DNA of 64,000 nucleotides, from assembly GCA_965263355.1 (NCBI GenBank), contig CBDHHL010000032.1, positions 640,001-704,000 of the forward strand. The letters run 5' to 3'. The position numbers and the translations under genes are program-made. This document shows positions 42,744 to 53,964 of the stretch, one piece after another (within the stretch, counting starts at the first letter, position 1; the number at the start of each line of letters is the position of its first letter). The notes under the pieces are model-generated. The model searched no databases. It had not been told where the DNA came from and saw only the letters and a list, made by a program, of their open reading frames with translations. This DNA is from Leptolyngbyaceae cyanobacterium. GTDB taxonomy: Bacteria > Cyanobacteriota > Cyanobacteriia > Phormidesmidales > Phormidesmidaceae.

Positions 42744-43214
42744 TCAGGCGTTATACTTAATGACCTCAACCTGTTTCAGCAAGCGACCATCAAGCGGTTG
42801 ATTGAGTAAGACCATCGTAGTTGTTTCATTTTCTGAAAACCCAACCCGCTCATAGAAGTGTTTCTGATTGGTTGTCATCAGATAGACACGCTCAACGTTA
42901 CTCATATGGGGATGGCTTAAAACCGTTTCCACTAACTTGCGGCCAAAGCCAGCCCCCTGATAGTCATCGTGAATAACGACATCCCAAATAGTGGCCCGAT
43001 AGACACCATCGGATGTGGCCCGCGCAAAACCAATCAGCTTATTTCCATGCCAGGCCGTTACCACAGGGCAGCTGTAATTAATGGCTTTAGCTAAATCCTC
43101 AAACCGTCGATCAGCCGCCCAAAAAGCGGAATGATTTAAAAGATTTCTAAGTTGCTCCAAATCCTTGGCAGCTAATGCTTCAGTGTAGCGAAATTGAACA
43201 GGCTGAAAACTCAT
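42744..43214 (-). CDS. GNAT N-acetyltransferase
   Basis: LIGFARATSDGVYRATIWDVVIHDDYQGAGFGRKL and FYERVGF; start trimmed to MSFQP. Confidence 0.9.
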   Translation of the reverse strand: MSFQPVQFRYTEALAAKDLEQLRNLLNHSAFWAADRRFEDLAKAINYSCPVVTAWHGNKLIGFARATSDGVYRATIWDVVIHDDYQGAGFGRKLVETVLSHPHMSNVERVYLMTTNQKHFYERVGFSENETTTMVLLNQPLDGRLLKQVEVIKYNA

Positions 43215-43640
43215 AGACTTTAGAGCAAAGAAATAAACCTTACACACGTCCAGAACAGTCGCTTTCCTGATAAAAAATCTACAGGTTGCAATTTGAACGT
43301 GGTTTCAAATCGTTGAGCAAGTCAAACGACAGAGACAAATATCTGTCTATACTCAAACGTGACAGGAAAACTTAAACACTGCCCTAGCATACTTAGGCCA
43401 GCGAAGAACATCTATCAAAGTCTTTGATACTTGGTATCAAGAAATACAATTTCAACTACAATAATTTGGCCCAGTTACGCTTGTCTAGATTAAACGCCGT
43501 AACCTATCCCTAACCTCCACAACTACCACTGCTTGCGAGTGAGGTAAACCGTCCATGATCAGGGGGTTTATAGGCTTAGGATATCTAGATAAGATAAGTA
43601 TCGAGGTATAGTACCCACACCCGCCGTTTACTGCCCGGAC

Positions 43641-46451
43641 ATGCTGAAACGACTTTTAGGCGATCCCAACGCTCGCAAGCTCAAACGCTATCAACCCGAT
43701 GTTAAAGAGATCGCCCTCCTAGAAGAGGAAATCAAGGCCCTCTCTGATAACGAGCTGCGGGGTAAAACCGCCGAGTTTAAGAAGCGGCTTGAAGATGGCG
43801 AAGACCTAGATGATTTACTTACCGAAGCCTTCGCCGTTGTACGTGAAGCCGGCATTCGCGTCCTAGGCATGCGTCATTATGACGTACAGCTTATCGGTGG
43901 CATGGTCCTCCACGATGGCCAGATTGCCGAAATGAAAACTGGTGAGGGAAAAACCCTGGTAGCCACCCTACCGGCTTACCTAAATGCCCTATCCGGCAAA
44001 GGGGTACACATCGTCACTGTAAATGACTATCTGGCCCGTCGTGATGCCGAATGGATGGGACAAGTACATCGTTTTCTGGGATTGTCGGTAGGCCTAATCC
44101 AGCAAGGTATGAGTCCGACAGAACGTCGCAAAAACTACGCCTGCGACATTACCTATGGCACCAATAGTGAGTTTGGCTTTGACTATTTGCGCGACAATAT
44201 GGCTTCTTCCATTGAGGAAGTGGTGCAGCGTCCGTTTAATTTTTGCATTATTGATGAAGTCGACTCCATCCTGGTAGACGAAGCCCGTACACCGCTAATT
44301 ATCTCGGGTCAGGTAGACCGTCCCCAGGAAAAATACGAGGCCGCAGCGGAGCTTGCTCGTCAGCTTGAGACCGAAGTTGACTACGAAGTCGATGAAAAAG
44401 CCCGTAACGTACTGCTCACCGACGAAGGCTTTGAAAAAGCTGAAAACCTTTTAGGGGTAAACGACCTATTTGACCCAAAAGATCCCTGGGCCCATTTTGT
44501 TTTTAACGCAGTTAAGGCAAAGGAGCTATTTGTTAAAGACGTTAACTACATTGTTCGGAATGACGAAGTCGTCATCGTCGATGAATTTACCGGACGGGTA
44601 ATGCCTGGGCGTCGTTGGAGTGATGGTTTACACCAGGCTATTGAAGCCAAAGAGCGAGTACCTATCCAACCGGAAACCCAAACACTGGCATCAATTACCT
44701 ATCAAAACTTCTTTTTGCTTTATGACAAGCTTTCAGGGATGACCGGTACAGCCAAAACTGAAGAAGCTGAATTTGAAAAGATTTACGACATTGAAGTTAC
44801 GGTTATTCCAACTAATCGCCCCATCGCCCGTACGGACAGATCGGACGTAGTCTATAAAACCGAACCTGCCAAATGGAAGGCCATTGCCCAGGAATGTGCA
44901 GAAATGCATGAAACCGGTCGACCTGTCCTTGTAGGTACCACTAGCGTCGAAAAGTCAGAACTTTTGTCAGGGCTGCTACAACAACTCAATGTGGCACATA
45001 ATCTGCTTAACGCTAAGCCAGAAAACGTTGAACGAGAGTCAGAAATTGTTGCCCAGGCAGGCCGTAGCGGTGCAGTCACCATTGCCACCAACATGGCTGG
45101 ACGGGGAACCGATATTATTCTTGGGGGCAACGCTGACTACATGGCTCGTCTGAAAATAAGAGAATATCTGATGCCCAAAATCGTTCGGCCTGATGATGAG
45201 CAAGGTTTTGGTATGGCCAGGGTAGCGGCAGCTGGTGGTAGTAGAACATCCGCTAAGGGCTTCCAAAGCAATGGCAAAAAGCAAAAGACCTGGAAAGCAT
45301 CTCCTGAAATCTTTCCCACTGAGCTATCTAGTGAAGCCGAAAAGACATTAAAAGAAGCTGTCGCCTTTGCTGTTAAAACCTACGGTCCTCAAAGCTTGTC
45401 CGAACTAGAGGCCGAGGATAAAATCGCTACTGCTGCTGAAAAAGCGCCTATTGAAGATCCAGCCATTCAAAAGCTACGAGAAGTTTACAAACTGATTTTG
45501 GCTGAATATGAAGCCTTTACTGACGCTGAACACGACAAGGTGATTGAGCTAGGCGGATTACACGTAATCGGCACCGAGCGCCATGAGTCACGTCGGGTAG
45601 ACAATCAGCTGCGCGGTCGAGCGGGTCGCCAGGGTGACCCAGGGTCAACCAAGTTCTTCTTGAGTTTGGAAGATAATTTGTTAAGAATCTTTGGTGGCGA
45701 CCGTGTTGCGGGTCTGATGAATGCCTTCCGTGTGGAAGAAGATATGCCCATTGAGTCAGGGATGCTCACCCGTTCTCTAGAAGGGGCACAGAAAAAGGTC
45801 GAAACCTATTACTACGATATTCGTAAGCAAGTCTTTGAGTATGACGAGGTAATGAATAACCAACGTCGTGCAATCTATGCCGAGCGGCGACGTGTACTGG
45901 AAGGTGACAAACTCAAAGAGCTGGTGATTGGTTATGGTGAGCAGACAATGGATGACATTGTTGAAGCTTACATTAATCCTGAACTGCCTCCCGAAGAATG
46001 GGATCTCGACAATATTGTTGGCAAGGTCAAAGAGTTTATTTATTTGCTTGAAGACCTAACAGCCGACCAATTAGACAACCTCTCCATGGGAGAAATCAAA
46101 ACCTTCCTCAGAGAGCAGGTACACATTGCCTACGATATTAAAGAGGCCCAGGTGGACAAGATGAAGCCAGGTCTGATGCGTGAGGCAGAGCGATTCTTTA
46201 TCTTGCAGCAGGTAGATACTCTCTGGCGTGAACACCTGCAACAAATGGATGCCCTACGGGAAACTGTTGGCCTACGGGGCTATGGTCAGAAGGATCCGTT
46301 GATTGAGTATAAGAGTGAAGGTTACGAGGTCTTTTTGGACATGATGACTGGCATTCGCCGTAATGTGGTGTATACCATGTTCCAATTCCAACCTCAGCCA
46401 CCACCGCAGGCCGTCCAGGCGGATGGTCCAATCGATGTTGAAGTAGTTTAG
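43641..46451 (+). CDS. secA: Preprotein translocase ATPase SecA
   Basis: [35 protein letters not shown] and [22 protein letters not shown]. Confidence 0.99.
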   Translation: MLKRLLGDPNARKLKRYQPDVKEIALLEEEIKALSDNELRGKTAEFKKRLEDGEDLDDLLTEAFAVVREAGIRVLGMRHYDVQLIGGMVLHDGQIAEMKTGEGKTLVATLPAYLNALSGKGVHIVTVNDYLARRDAEWMGQVHRFLGLSVGLIQQGMSPTERRKNYACDITYGTNSEFGFDYLRDNMASSIEEVVQRPFNFCIIDEVDSILVDEARTPLIISGQVDRPQEKYEAAAELARQLETEVDYEVDEKARNVLLTDEGFEKAENLLGVNDLFDPKDPWAHFVFNAVKAKELFVKDVNYIVRNDEVVIVDEFTGRVMPGRRWSDGLHQAIEAKERVPIQPETQTLASITYQNFFLLYDKLSGMTGTAKTEEAEFEKIYDIEVTVIPTNRPIARTDRSDVVYKTEPAKWKAIAQECAEMHETGRPVLVGTTSVEKSELLSGLLQQLNVAHNLLNAKPENVERESEIVAQAGRSGAVTIATNMAGRGTDIILGGNADYMARLKIREYLMPKIVRPDDEQGFGMARVAAAGGSRTSAKGFQSNGKKQKTWKASPEIFPTELSSEAEKTLKEAVAFAVKTYGPQSLSELEAEDKIATAAEKAPIEDPAIQKLREVYKLILAEYEAFTDAEHDKVIELGGLHVIGTERHESRRVDNQLRGRAGRQGDPGSTKFFLSLEDNLLRIFGGDRVAGLMNAFRVEEDMPIESGMLTRSLEGAQKKVETYYYDIRKQVFEYDEVMNNQRRAIYAERRRVLEGDKLKELVIGYGEQTMDDIVEAYINPELPPEEWDLDNIVGKVKEFIYLLEDLTADQLDNLSMGEIKTFLREQVHIAYDIKEAQVDKMKPGLMREAERFFILQQVDTLWREHLQQMDALRETVGLRGYGQKDPLIEYKSEGYEVFLDMMTGIRRNVVYTMFQFQPQPPPQAVQADGPIDVEVV

Positions 46452-46457
46452 GTATAT

Positions 46458-46487
46458 TAGGGGCATTTCCTTGTGGATGCCCCTTTT
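46458..46487 (+). terminator. Probable terminator after secA
   Basis: AGGGGCATTT-ccttgt-GGATGCCCCT followed by TTT. Confidence 0.6.
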
Positions 46488-46563
46488 GAAATTGTTAGCT
46501 TCGCTTGTTTGATATTGCATAGGGGTAGGCATAAAGCTCTAACCCTATGAGGGTTTTCAAATA

Positions 46564-46911
46564 TTACCCATACTGTTCCAAGTACAGATTTACATCCTCA
46601 ATAATTCGCATTAGTTCAGCCTCTGTGGTCAAACGAATACGGTCATCGCGTACCGTAATCAAAAGTTTGGCTGCAAAGGGGCTGGGCCAAATATTAGGGT
46701 TACAGAAAATCTCAAGGAAAACATCTCCTGTGTGGCGATACTCTGTGGGTTTGACTGGTTTGGGCCTGCCCGCACCTACCGTAGCTGCAGCTGAAGTCTT
46801 CAGCGTTTTGGTCAGTGCAGTTAATGCAGCCTTCAGCTCTTGGGCTGCTGCCACGGAAAAACTAAATTGGACCGAGCCCTGAACTAAATTGAGGGTAAGT
46901 TGGGAAGCCAT
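46564..46911 (-). CDS. Conserved cyanobacterial hypothetical protein
   Basis: LTLNLVQGSVQFSFS and EYRHTGDVFLEIFCNPNIWPSPFAAKLLITVRD. Confidence 0.75.
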   Translation of the reverse strand: MASQLTLNLVQGSVQFSFSVAAAQELKAALTALTKTLKTSAAATVGAGRPKPVKPTEYRHTGDVFLEIFCNPNIWPSPFAAKLLITVRDDRIRLTTEAELMRIIEDVNLYLEQYG

Positions 46912-47107
46912 GGAAACTAGCGATGATGATTGCTTGCTGATCGTAACGCTAGCCTTTATTTAACAGCGCTACTGTCATAAAGTTTTAGGTTCCGGGCCTC
47001 TGCTAGGTAAGTTTTTGCAACTTTTGTTGCACCAGGTTACTAATACGGTTTGAATATCGATATAACTATCAAAACTTTTACCATCCACCGTCAAACAGGA
47101 GACATCA

Positions 47108-47398
47108 ATGGTTGTAACCTGCGTCTATGTATTTGTGAAACCAGAGCATGTAGATGATTTTATTGTAGCCACAAAGGCAAATCACATCGGCTCTGTCCAG
47201 GAACCAGCTAACATCCGGTTCGATTTTCTGCAGGACCCAGATGATCCAACCAAGTTTATGCTCTACGAAGCTTATGAAACTGCAGAGAGTGCAGCTGCCC
47301 ACAAAAAAACTGAGCACTATCTAACCTGGCGAGAAACTGTTGCTGCCTGGATGGCTCAGCCTCGCCAAGGTAAGCCATATAATGTCATTGCTCCCTAA
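47108..47398 (+). CDS. ABM-domain protein (putative quinol monooxygenase / LsrG-like)
   Basis: VKPEHVDDF, EPANIRFD, FMLYEAY and AHKKTEHYLTWR; AGGAG SD. Confidence 0.88.
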   Translation: MVVTCVYVFVKPEHVDDFIVATKANHIGSVQEPANIRFDFLQDPDDPTKFMLYEAYETAESAAAHKKTEHYLTWRETVAAWMAQPRQGKPYNVIAP

Positions 47399-47409
47399 GG
47401 AGCTGAGAC

Positions 47410-48520
47410 CTGACTAGCTTTTGCCTCCAATTTACTTTGGTGGCAAACGGTTAATTCCCTCCAGTCTCTACAAAAAACGGGTAAACTGACGCAAATTGAG
47501 GTAAATCTCCAACAGGTTGGGCTGACCTATGAGATTGTCATCTGCCCTGGAGAACCCACACCCACTTTTATCGATGAAACGTGTAAAACCTATAGTGAGT
47601 CAGGCATTCAAGCGATAGTGGGGATCGGCGGCGGCAGTGTTGTGGATGCGGGCAAGGCGATTTCTGCCATGCTTCCCCATAACAATTCCATCATGGACCA
47701 CCTGGAAGGGGTGGGTAAAGGGATTCCTCATAGTGGAGAAAAAGTCCCCTACTTGGCAGTTCCTACCACCTCTGGCACTGGCAGTGAAGTGACTAAAAAT
47801 GCTGTTATTAGTGAGATAGGCCCCCAAGGCTTCAAGAAATCCATCCGCCATGAAAATTTTATCCCTGACGGTGTAATTGTCGATAGTGAGCTACTCACGA
47901 CCTGTCCACCCCACATTACAGCAGCCTGTGGATTAGATGCCTTTACCCAACTCCTTGAACCCTATTTATCTCCTACAGCCAGCCCAATAACTGATGCTTT
48001 AGCCTGGAGTGGGTTAACAGCGATTGCCCCCAATTTATTGGCAGCTTGTGGTGAGGGGGCTAACAACTTGGCCGTACGCGAAGCAATGGCCTACGGTTCA
48101 TTGCTTTCAGGCATCTGTTTAGCTAATGCAGGGCTAGGAATTGTCCATGGGTTAGCGTCATCGATAGGGGGCTTTTTCCCAATTCCCCACGGTGTTGTCT
48201 GCGGTACTTTGTTAGCGGCAGCCAATGAAACTAATTGGCAAGCACTTTTGGACCGGGAGCCAGAAAATCCAGCTATAGCGAAGCTGGCAAAATTGGGAGC
48301 TTTTTTGGATGATAGTCCAGGAAAAGCGTCTCAGGAATATGGTGAAGGCCTGTGTAAAGTTTTGTGGAACTGGACTGAAAAGCTTGCTCTACCCAAGCTA
48401 GGTAAATATAGGGTTGAAGCCTCAGATCTGGATCGGATAGTGGCCAAAACTCGTAATCGAAATAATCCTATTCAACTGACCCAAAGTGAGATTAAAAATC
48501 TTGTGTTGTCTCGCATCTGA
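47410..48520 (+). pseudogene. Iron-containing alcohol dehydrogenase with damaged 5' end
   Basis: Intact core motifs GEPT, GIGGGSVVDAGK, PTTSGTGSEVT, GLDAFTQ, GIVHG and PHG. The reading frame is open from 47414 without a start codon, and the N-terminal LPPIYFG (47421) lies in another frame. Confidence 0.7.
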
Positions 48521-48604
48521 TTCGTTGATTGATACTACAACAATACCGTAGGGAGGAAGCCTTGCTCGACTTCGCGATGGCCTATGCTATTTGCAAAAAT
48601 GTTG

Positions 48605-49057
48605 TTAACTATGAATATTTCGCACGATCCAATAGCTAATAGATAACGCCAAAATCGCGATCGCTAAACCAATTAAGCTAAGACCCGTTACTTTTTCTAG
48701 ATCCAGAATAATAATTTTACGAGCCACTGCCGTTAGCGACGTAACAATCACTAGCTCCACCTGCACCACATGTTTTTTCAAGTAGGCAGTAATATTTTCT
48801 AAAATCTCTAGGGCAATTAAGACACTTAGAAATAACCCAAAAATTTCGCTGAGAGTGTTTTTGAAAAAGCCTTCTGGACTGGGTTCCCAGAGTGCCACAG
48901 CCAAGAAACGCGCCAAATCAACCATGATCACAAAGATCACGACAAGCATAGCAATGGACAATAGCTTTGAAACAATAGTTTCTACATTATCTATACCATG
49001 CAGAAAACTTTCTGCACTTAGCCATCTCCATCGATTGCCATTTTGATTACCACCCAT
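48605..49057 (-). CDS. Phosphate-starvation-inducible PsiE family membrane protein
   Basis: FLSVLIALEILENITAYL and TSLTAVARKIIILD. Confidence 0.85.
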   Translation of the reverse strand: MGGNQNGNRWRWLSAESFLHGIDNVETIVSKLLSIAMLVVIFVIMVDLARFLAVALWEPSPEGFFKNTLSEIFGLFLSVLIALEILENITAYLKKHVVQVELVIVTSLTAVARKIIILDLEKVTGLSLIGLAIAILALSISYWIVRNIHS

Positions 49058-49140
49058 ATCAGTGCTCCAGATAACGGCTCCCTTCTAGGAAAACTACTAT
49101 ACAGTTAGCAAGGCAAGGGCACAGTATCGTTAATGAATGC

Positions 49141-49163
49141 TAGGTGGGCACCGCCCACCCTAT
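49141..49163. repeat. Short REP-like palindrome
   Basis: TAGGTGGGCACCGCCCACCCTAT (GGTGGGC-acc-GCCCACC), just downstream of the DUF937 gene. Confidence 0.55.
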
Positions 49164-49174
49164 ATCTGGACGAT

Positions 49175-49687
49175 TTACATAAATCGACCGGCCATCTTCA
49201 ATATATCGCCCATATCCACATCCCCATCACCGTCGCCATCTAGGAACGCGGTAACCAGTGGATTGCCCTGTGCTTGAGTACCTGTTTTTGCAGACCCCTG
49301 GTTCAAAAATTTCATCACAATAGGCAAAACCATTGGTAGCATGGCGACTACCTGAGTCGCATCCAGACCCGTTTTTTGAGCAACCGCTGTGGCTATTTCA
49401 GTTTGCTGGTCAGGGCTAAATAGTTTGGGCAGTACACCAGCACCATCAGTGGTACCTTGCTTAACCAGGTCAAGCACTGCATCCAAACCCTGGGTTTGCT
49501 GTTTTTCGCGTAATGCCGATTTAACAAAGCCACCGAGCACTGAAGCTGCTTGCTCAGTAGCAGAGCTATTTGCATTATTTGACTGAGCAACCTGCTGCGC
49601 CATCGATACAATTTGGCCAAGCTGACCAATGCTGGCTTCACGATTAGGGTCCTGAATGGCTCCCATTACTTGATCAAATATGCCCAT
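49175..49687 (-). CDS. DUF937 family protein
   Basis: MGIFDQVMGAIQDPN, MLPMVLPIVMKFL and FLDGDGDGDVDMGD; start trimmed. Confidence 0.75.
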   Translation of the reverse strand: MGIFDQVMGAIQDPNREASIGQLGQIVSMAQQVAQSNNANSSATEQAASVLGGFVKSALREKQQTQGLDAVLDLVKQGTTDGAGVLPKLFSPDQQTEIATAVAQKTGLDATQVVAMLPMVLPIVMKFLNQGSAKTGTQAQGNPLVTAFLDGDGDGDVDMGDILKMAGRFM

Positions 49688-49882
49688 GGGAAATAAACAT
49701 GTCCTTGGTAAGCAACAATTGGCGGTACTGATCCACCTTGTGTATAGTAGGACGCTAAACTGGCCCAGACACAAAATTGCCAGCTTCATTTTATGAATAA
49801 ACCTATCCACATTTAGTACATTCGTTTTTTCGTAGAAGAACCCACAGGTTTCAACTTGGCTGTGGTTTGTCAGCCATATGGC

Positions 49883-49920
49883 TAAATCACCTTCGAAACT
49901 ATAAATTACCTTCGAAACTA
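49883..49920 (+). repeat. 19-nt tandem duplication just upstream of a start codon
   Basis: TAAATCACCTTCGAAACTA followed by TAAATTACCTTCGAAACTA (one mismatch). Confidence 0.85.
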
Positions 49921-49923
49921 CAT

Positions 49924-51372
49924 ATGAAGCGACCTTTAATCATTGCTATTGCAGTTTTGATTTTTCTCGGTGTGCTGCTGTGGCTCATCAGCACATTGGG
50001 AAGTCTCTATGCTGGCCTATCAACCCTACATCCCTGGATAGCCCAGGCAATTACAATATTAATTGTGTTGCTTATGCTGGTGGCACTTGGCGTAGTTGCT
50101 TACTACGGCTGGTTGTTTCTACGACCACGCCATCGGGCTCAACCTCCCCCCCTGCCAAAAACCACTAATGACGCTGCCATCACCCATCTGCAAACCCTTG
50201 ATCAGCAACTTAGCCTAATTTCAGATGAAGTTACCCGACAAGCCTTAGTTAAACGGGCCAAAACCGTTACCCATGCATTTGAACAGCAAAAACTGCATTT
50301 GGTAATCGTAGGCAGCGGTTCGGTGGGTAAAACATCGCTGGTCAATGCGCTGATGGGGGAAATGGCTGGGAAAACAGCCGTTACCAAAGGGACAACCACT
50401 CAACGGCAAGATTATCGGGTGGCGATTCCAGCCATTAATGGGGAAATTATTCTCACCGACAGTCCAGGCTTACTCGATGCTGGGGCTACGGCTCTGACCA
50501 GTCGAGAACTGGCTACCCAGGCAGATTTACTGCTATACGTTGTTGATAACGATCTGCATCGAGCCCAATACGAAATTTTGATGCAACTGCTGGCAGTGGG
50601 TAAACGAACTCTTTTGGTATTTAACAAGACTGACCTATACACCGATGACGAGGTGCAGTTATTAGTGGACCGACTCAGGCAACGGGTAAACCGACAGATG
50701 GATGAAAATGATGTGATTGCGATCGCAGCCCAACCAAAACACGACACCATCCCCGATATCCAACCCTTGATCGACCGCATCATTGCCATCCTCCGTGTCG
50801 AAGGCCATGACCTGATCGCCAACAACATTTTGTTACAGACCCAGCGCCTTAGCCTCGAAGCAAAACAACTGATCAGCCAACAACGCCAAAAACAGGCCGA
50901 TGCCATAATTGATCGCTATCAGTGGGTTGGTGCAGGAGTATTGGCCGCAACCCCGCTGCCGGTGGTGGATATGTTAGCCACCGCCGCCATCAATACCCAA
51001 ATGGTCATGGAATTAGGCAACGTCTATGGTATCGCCGTTAGCATTGAGGATGCCCGGACCTTAGCCATTTCCCTAGCAAAAACCATGGGTAGTTTAGGGC
51101 TAGTAAAAGGAGCCCTAAAACTATTAACCATTGGTCTGCAAACAAATTTGGCCACCGCTGTTGCTGGGAAACTGCTGCAGGGCATCAGCGCAGCCTATCT
51201 CACTCGCATTGCAGGCAAAAGCTTTGTGGACTATTTCGAAAATCAACAAGCCTGGGGCGATGGCGGAATACAAGCGGTTGTGGAGAAACACTATCAGCTG
51301 AATCGTCGAGACCAAATTGTGCAGCAATTTATTCAACAAGCGATGACGTCTATGGACAACATCACTACGTAA
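49924..51372 (+). CDS. Membrane-anchored GTP-binding protein with C-terminal DUF697 (YcjF-like) domain
   Basis: Two N-terminal TMs, G1 GSGSVGKTS, G3 DSPG, G4 NKTD, and ATPLPVVDML. Confidence 0.85.
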   Translation: MKRPLIIAIAVLIFLGVLLWLISTLGSLYAGLSTLHPWIAQAITILIVLLMLVALGVVAYYGWLFLRPRHRAQPPPLPKTTNDAAITHLQTLDQQLSLISDEVTRQALVKRAKTVTHAFEQQKLHLVIVGSGSVGKTSLVNALMGEMAGKTAVTKGTTTQRQDYRVAIPAINGEIILTDSPGLLDAGATALTSRELATQADLLLYVVDNDLHRAQYEILMQLLAVGKRTLLVFNKTDLYTDDEVQLLVDRLRQRVNRQMDENDVIAIAAQPKHDTIPDIQPLIDRIIAILRVEGHDLIANNILLQTQRLSLEAKQLISQQRQKQADAIIDRYQWVGAGVLAATPLPVVDMLATAAINTQMVMELGNVYGIAVSIEDARTLAISLAKTMGSLGLVKGALKLLTIGLQTNLATAVAGKLLQGISAAYLTRIAGKSFVDYFENQQAWGDGGIQAVVEKHYQLNRRDQIVQQFIQQAMTSMDNITT

Positions 51373-51597
51373 TTAAACATTACTTGTAGCGAAAACGGTT
51401 ATTACTACTACTCCTAACTACAATCTCAGCTTGACGTAGCATGTAGGTTGTGAATATGGTTATCGATTTGTAGATTTAAAAACTGCTATCCTTCGCTATA
51501 GCAGAAACCTATTAGTCAAAACCAAACCAGTACCTGAGAACTCAATTCTGGGTACTCAAACTTCATCACTGGTATTTCCCATAAGCCTACATTTACA

Positions 51598-52548
51598 ATG
51601 ACTATTAATAATGCTCAGTCTGCCTCCGATACCGTTCGGTCTGCCAAACGCACACCGACCTTTTTAATTATTGGGGTTCAAAAAGCAGGCACCACATCTA
51701 TTTATAACTACCTCAAACAACACCCCCAGGTTTACATGAGTCCTGTTAAGGAAACGGGTTTTTTTGAACGGGATTGGGAGCAAGAACCCACCGACGTACA
51801 GCGGCGTAAAAAAAACGGTATCGTTACTTGGAACCAATATCAGGAGCTATTTGGCCCAGCCACAGATAAGCATATTGCCCTAGGTGAAGCATCCCCCAAC
51901 TACATGTTTCACTATCGAGCAGCCAGTAAGCAAATCCAACGACGATTACCCAATGCAAAGCTTATTGCTGTCCTCAGAAATCCAGTACAACGAGCTTGTT
52001 CTGACTATTTGATGAACATGCGCGATGCCATCGGCAAGCAAACCCCCCTAGCAGAACAGGTTCGGAATCGAGGCAACTCATCCTATGTGTTACTAAAAGG
52101 TAACTATTACGACCAAATAAAGCACTTTATTGATGTGTTTGGTCACCAACAGGTAGATGTCTTTCTCCATGATGATCTGCGTAAAGACTCTCAGCAGTTT
52201 ATGCAAACGATGTATCAATCCATCGGAGTTAATCCCGACTTTGTCGCCAACACATCCCAAAAAGCACAGACTGCTAAGGTGCCGAAAAACCAAACCCTTA
52301 ATCGGCTCTTAAAGACCAAAAACCCGCTCCGTACAGTTGCTACTAGCATTATGCAAATCGTACCGTCAGATCTGCGACATCAGCTTCGTGATCGTTTAAT
52401 TTCCTTTAATTCTCAAGACAAAGGTCAAGCAACGTTCACAGAGGAAGATATCGTTCTGCTACAGAAGTACTATCGCGAAGATATCTTGAAACTACAGGAT
52501 TTGCTCCAGAGGAATTTATCGGCCTGGTTAAATGATACTAGTTATTAG
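51598..52548 (+). CDS. Sulfotransferase
   Basis: PAPS motifs IIGVQKAGTTS and LRNPVQRACS, plus HPQVYMSPVKE and GEASPNY. Confidence 0.9.
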   Translation: MTINNAQSASDTVRSAKRTPTFLIIGVQKAGTTSIYNYLKQHPQVYMSPVKETGFFERDWEQEPTDVQRRKKNGIVTWNQYQELFGPATDKHIALGEASPNYMFHYRAASKQIQRRLPNAKLIAVLRNPVQRACSDYLMNMRDAIGKQTPLAEQVRNRGNSSYVLLKGNYYDQIKHFIDVFGHQQVDVFLHDDLRKDSQQFMQTMYQSIGVNPDFVANTSQKAQTAKVPKNQTLNRLLKTKNPLRTVATSIMQIVPSDLRHQLRDRLISFNSQDKGQATFTEEDIVLLQKYYREDILKLQDLLQRNLSAWLNDTSY

Positions 52549-52562
52549 AAAGTCCTAAAAAT

Positions 52563-52718
52563 CTAACCTAAAAGTCCCAAAATATAGGTCAGGCTGCTAA
52601 TCGGTGCTGGCACCATTTCACCACGAAAGTCGAGTAGTTGCACGAGCAACAGGTAAGCTACGGCTAGCAATAATGAAATTGCGCCTGTAATAATCGCAAT
52701 AATTTTTGAACGATTCAT
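52563..52718 (-). CDS. Small conserved cyanobacterial membrane protein (51 aa)
   Basis: Not in ORF track. Manual translation MNRSKIIAIITGAISLLLAVAYLLLVQLLDFRGEMVPAPISSLTYILGLLG; I recognise LLDFRGEM.PAP as a cyanobacterial small-protein motif. Confidence 0.75.
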   Translation of the reverse strand: MNRSKIIAIITGAISLLLAVAYLLLVQLLDFRGEMVPAPISSLTYILGLLG

Positions 52719-52893
52719 ATTAAACGAGGTAACCTATCGTATTGGCATAGTGTGGCAGGGTAAGCGTAAAAGTGATTTTAAAGCTCTAATACTTTATGCT
52801 CTAGGGTAAGCTGCTTCCCAATCCACCTTATTCACTATACCGACTAGACCATACGCGTGCAGCGCCCCATTTAGGGGCGTATTTTGTGAGGTA

Positions 52894-53880
52894 ATGAACA
52901 CCGTTTTTCCCACTGATGCTAATCCGTCTGCCATTGTGCATCGTCCGGTTATCGTTAAGACTCAGGATCTCAGTAAGATCTATCGCACCGGGTTTTGGCT
53001 AAACCAACAGGTAGCCTCACTAAAGTGCTGTTCATTGGAGATTTATAAAGGCGAAACGTTTGGACTATTAGGCCCTAACGGTGCGGGTAAAACTACATTA
53101 CTCAAACTGCTATTGGGCATTACTCGGCCCTCTTCAGGCAGTGCTCAGTTACTAAATCAACCCGCTGGCAATCAGACCGTCAAACAGCAGATCGGCTATT
53201 TACCCGAAAATCCTTACTTCTATGATTATCTGACTGGCTGGGAGTTTTTAACGTATTCCGCCGGTCTATTTAATATTCCGCCCCCCGTATATAAGGGGCG
53301 CATTCCTGAGCTGTTGGATAGGGTGGGGCTGTCTCGTCACACTGCGATCAAAAAGCAGTTGCGACAGTACTCTAAGGGAATGCTGCAGCGCATTGGCATG
53401 GCTCAAGCATTGATCAACGACCCAGACATTATCTTCTTGGATGAACCAATGTCTGGATTAGACCCCACTGGTCGTTATCAAGTGCGAGAAGTGATTTTAT
53501 CTCTAAAAGACCAGGGTAAAACAATTTTCTTTAACAGTCATATCCTGACAGATGTAGAAGTTATTTGCGATCGCATTGCAATTCTCAACCAAGGCAAACT
53601 CATTTGCCAAGGTAACCTGCATGATCTCCTGGGAACAGCCAACGCTTACTTTGTTAAAGGTCAGGGGGGCAGCTTAGATGTACTCAAAAAATGGCTCGAA
53701 AACCTTACCTTTGAAGGAGGCTACTGGCAGGGTTATCTCCACGGCAATCCCCACGACTTTCTAGCCAGCGTACACCTAATGAATGGTCGTTTGATTACCC
53801 TGGATTTGCGTCGGTTATCCCTCGAAGAGTTTTTTATTCAGCAGCTCAATCAGCAAAAGCAAACCCCAAACAAAAATTGA
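52894..53880 (+). CDS. ABC transporter ATP-binding protein
   Basis: GPNGAGKTT, YSKGMLQR, FLDEP and H-loop NSH. Confidence 0.95.
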   Translation: MNTVFPTDANPSAIVHRPVIVKTQDLSKIYRTGFWLNQQVASLKCCSLEIYKGETFGLLGPNGAGKTTLLKLLLGITRPSSGSAQLLNQPAGNQTVKQQIGYLPENPYFYDYLTGWEFLTYSAGLFNIPPPVYKGRIPELLDRVGLSRHTAIKKQLRQYSKGMLQRIGMAQALINDPDIIFLDEPMSGLDPTGRYQVREVILSLKDQGKTIFFNSHILTDVEVICDRIAILNQGKLICQGNLHDLLGTANAYFVKGQGGSLDVLKKWLENLTFEGGYWQGYLHGNPHDFLASVHLMNGRLITLDLRRLSLEEFFIQQLNQQKQTPNKN

Positions 53881-53964
53881 CACTATTTTTTTATCAATAG
53901 GGGTAAAACATCCCAAAATAGCTCTACACTAAAAGGCTACTCCTGTATTGACTAAACATTCGTT

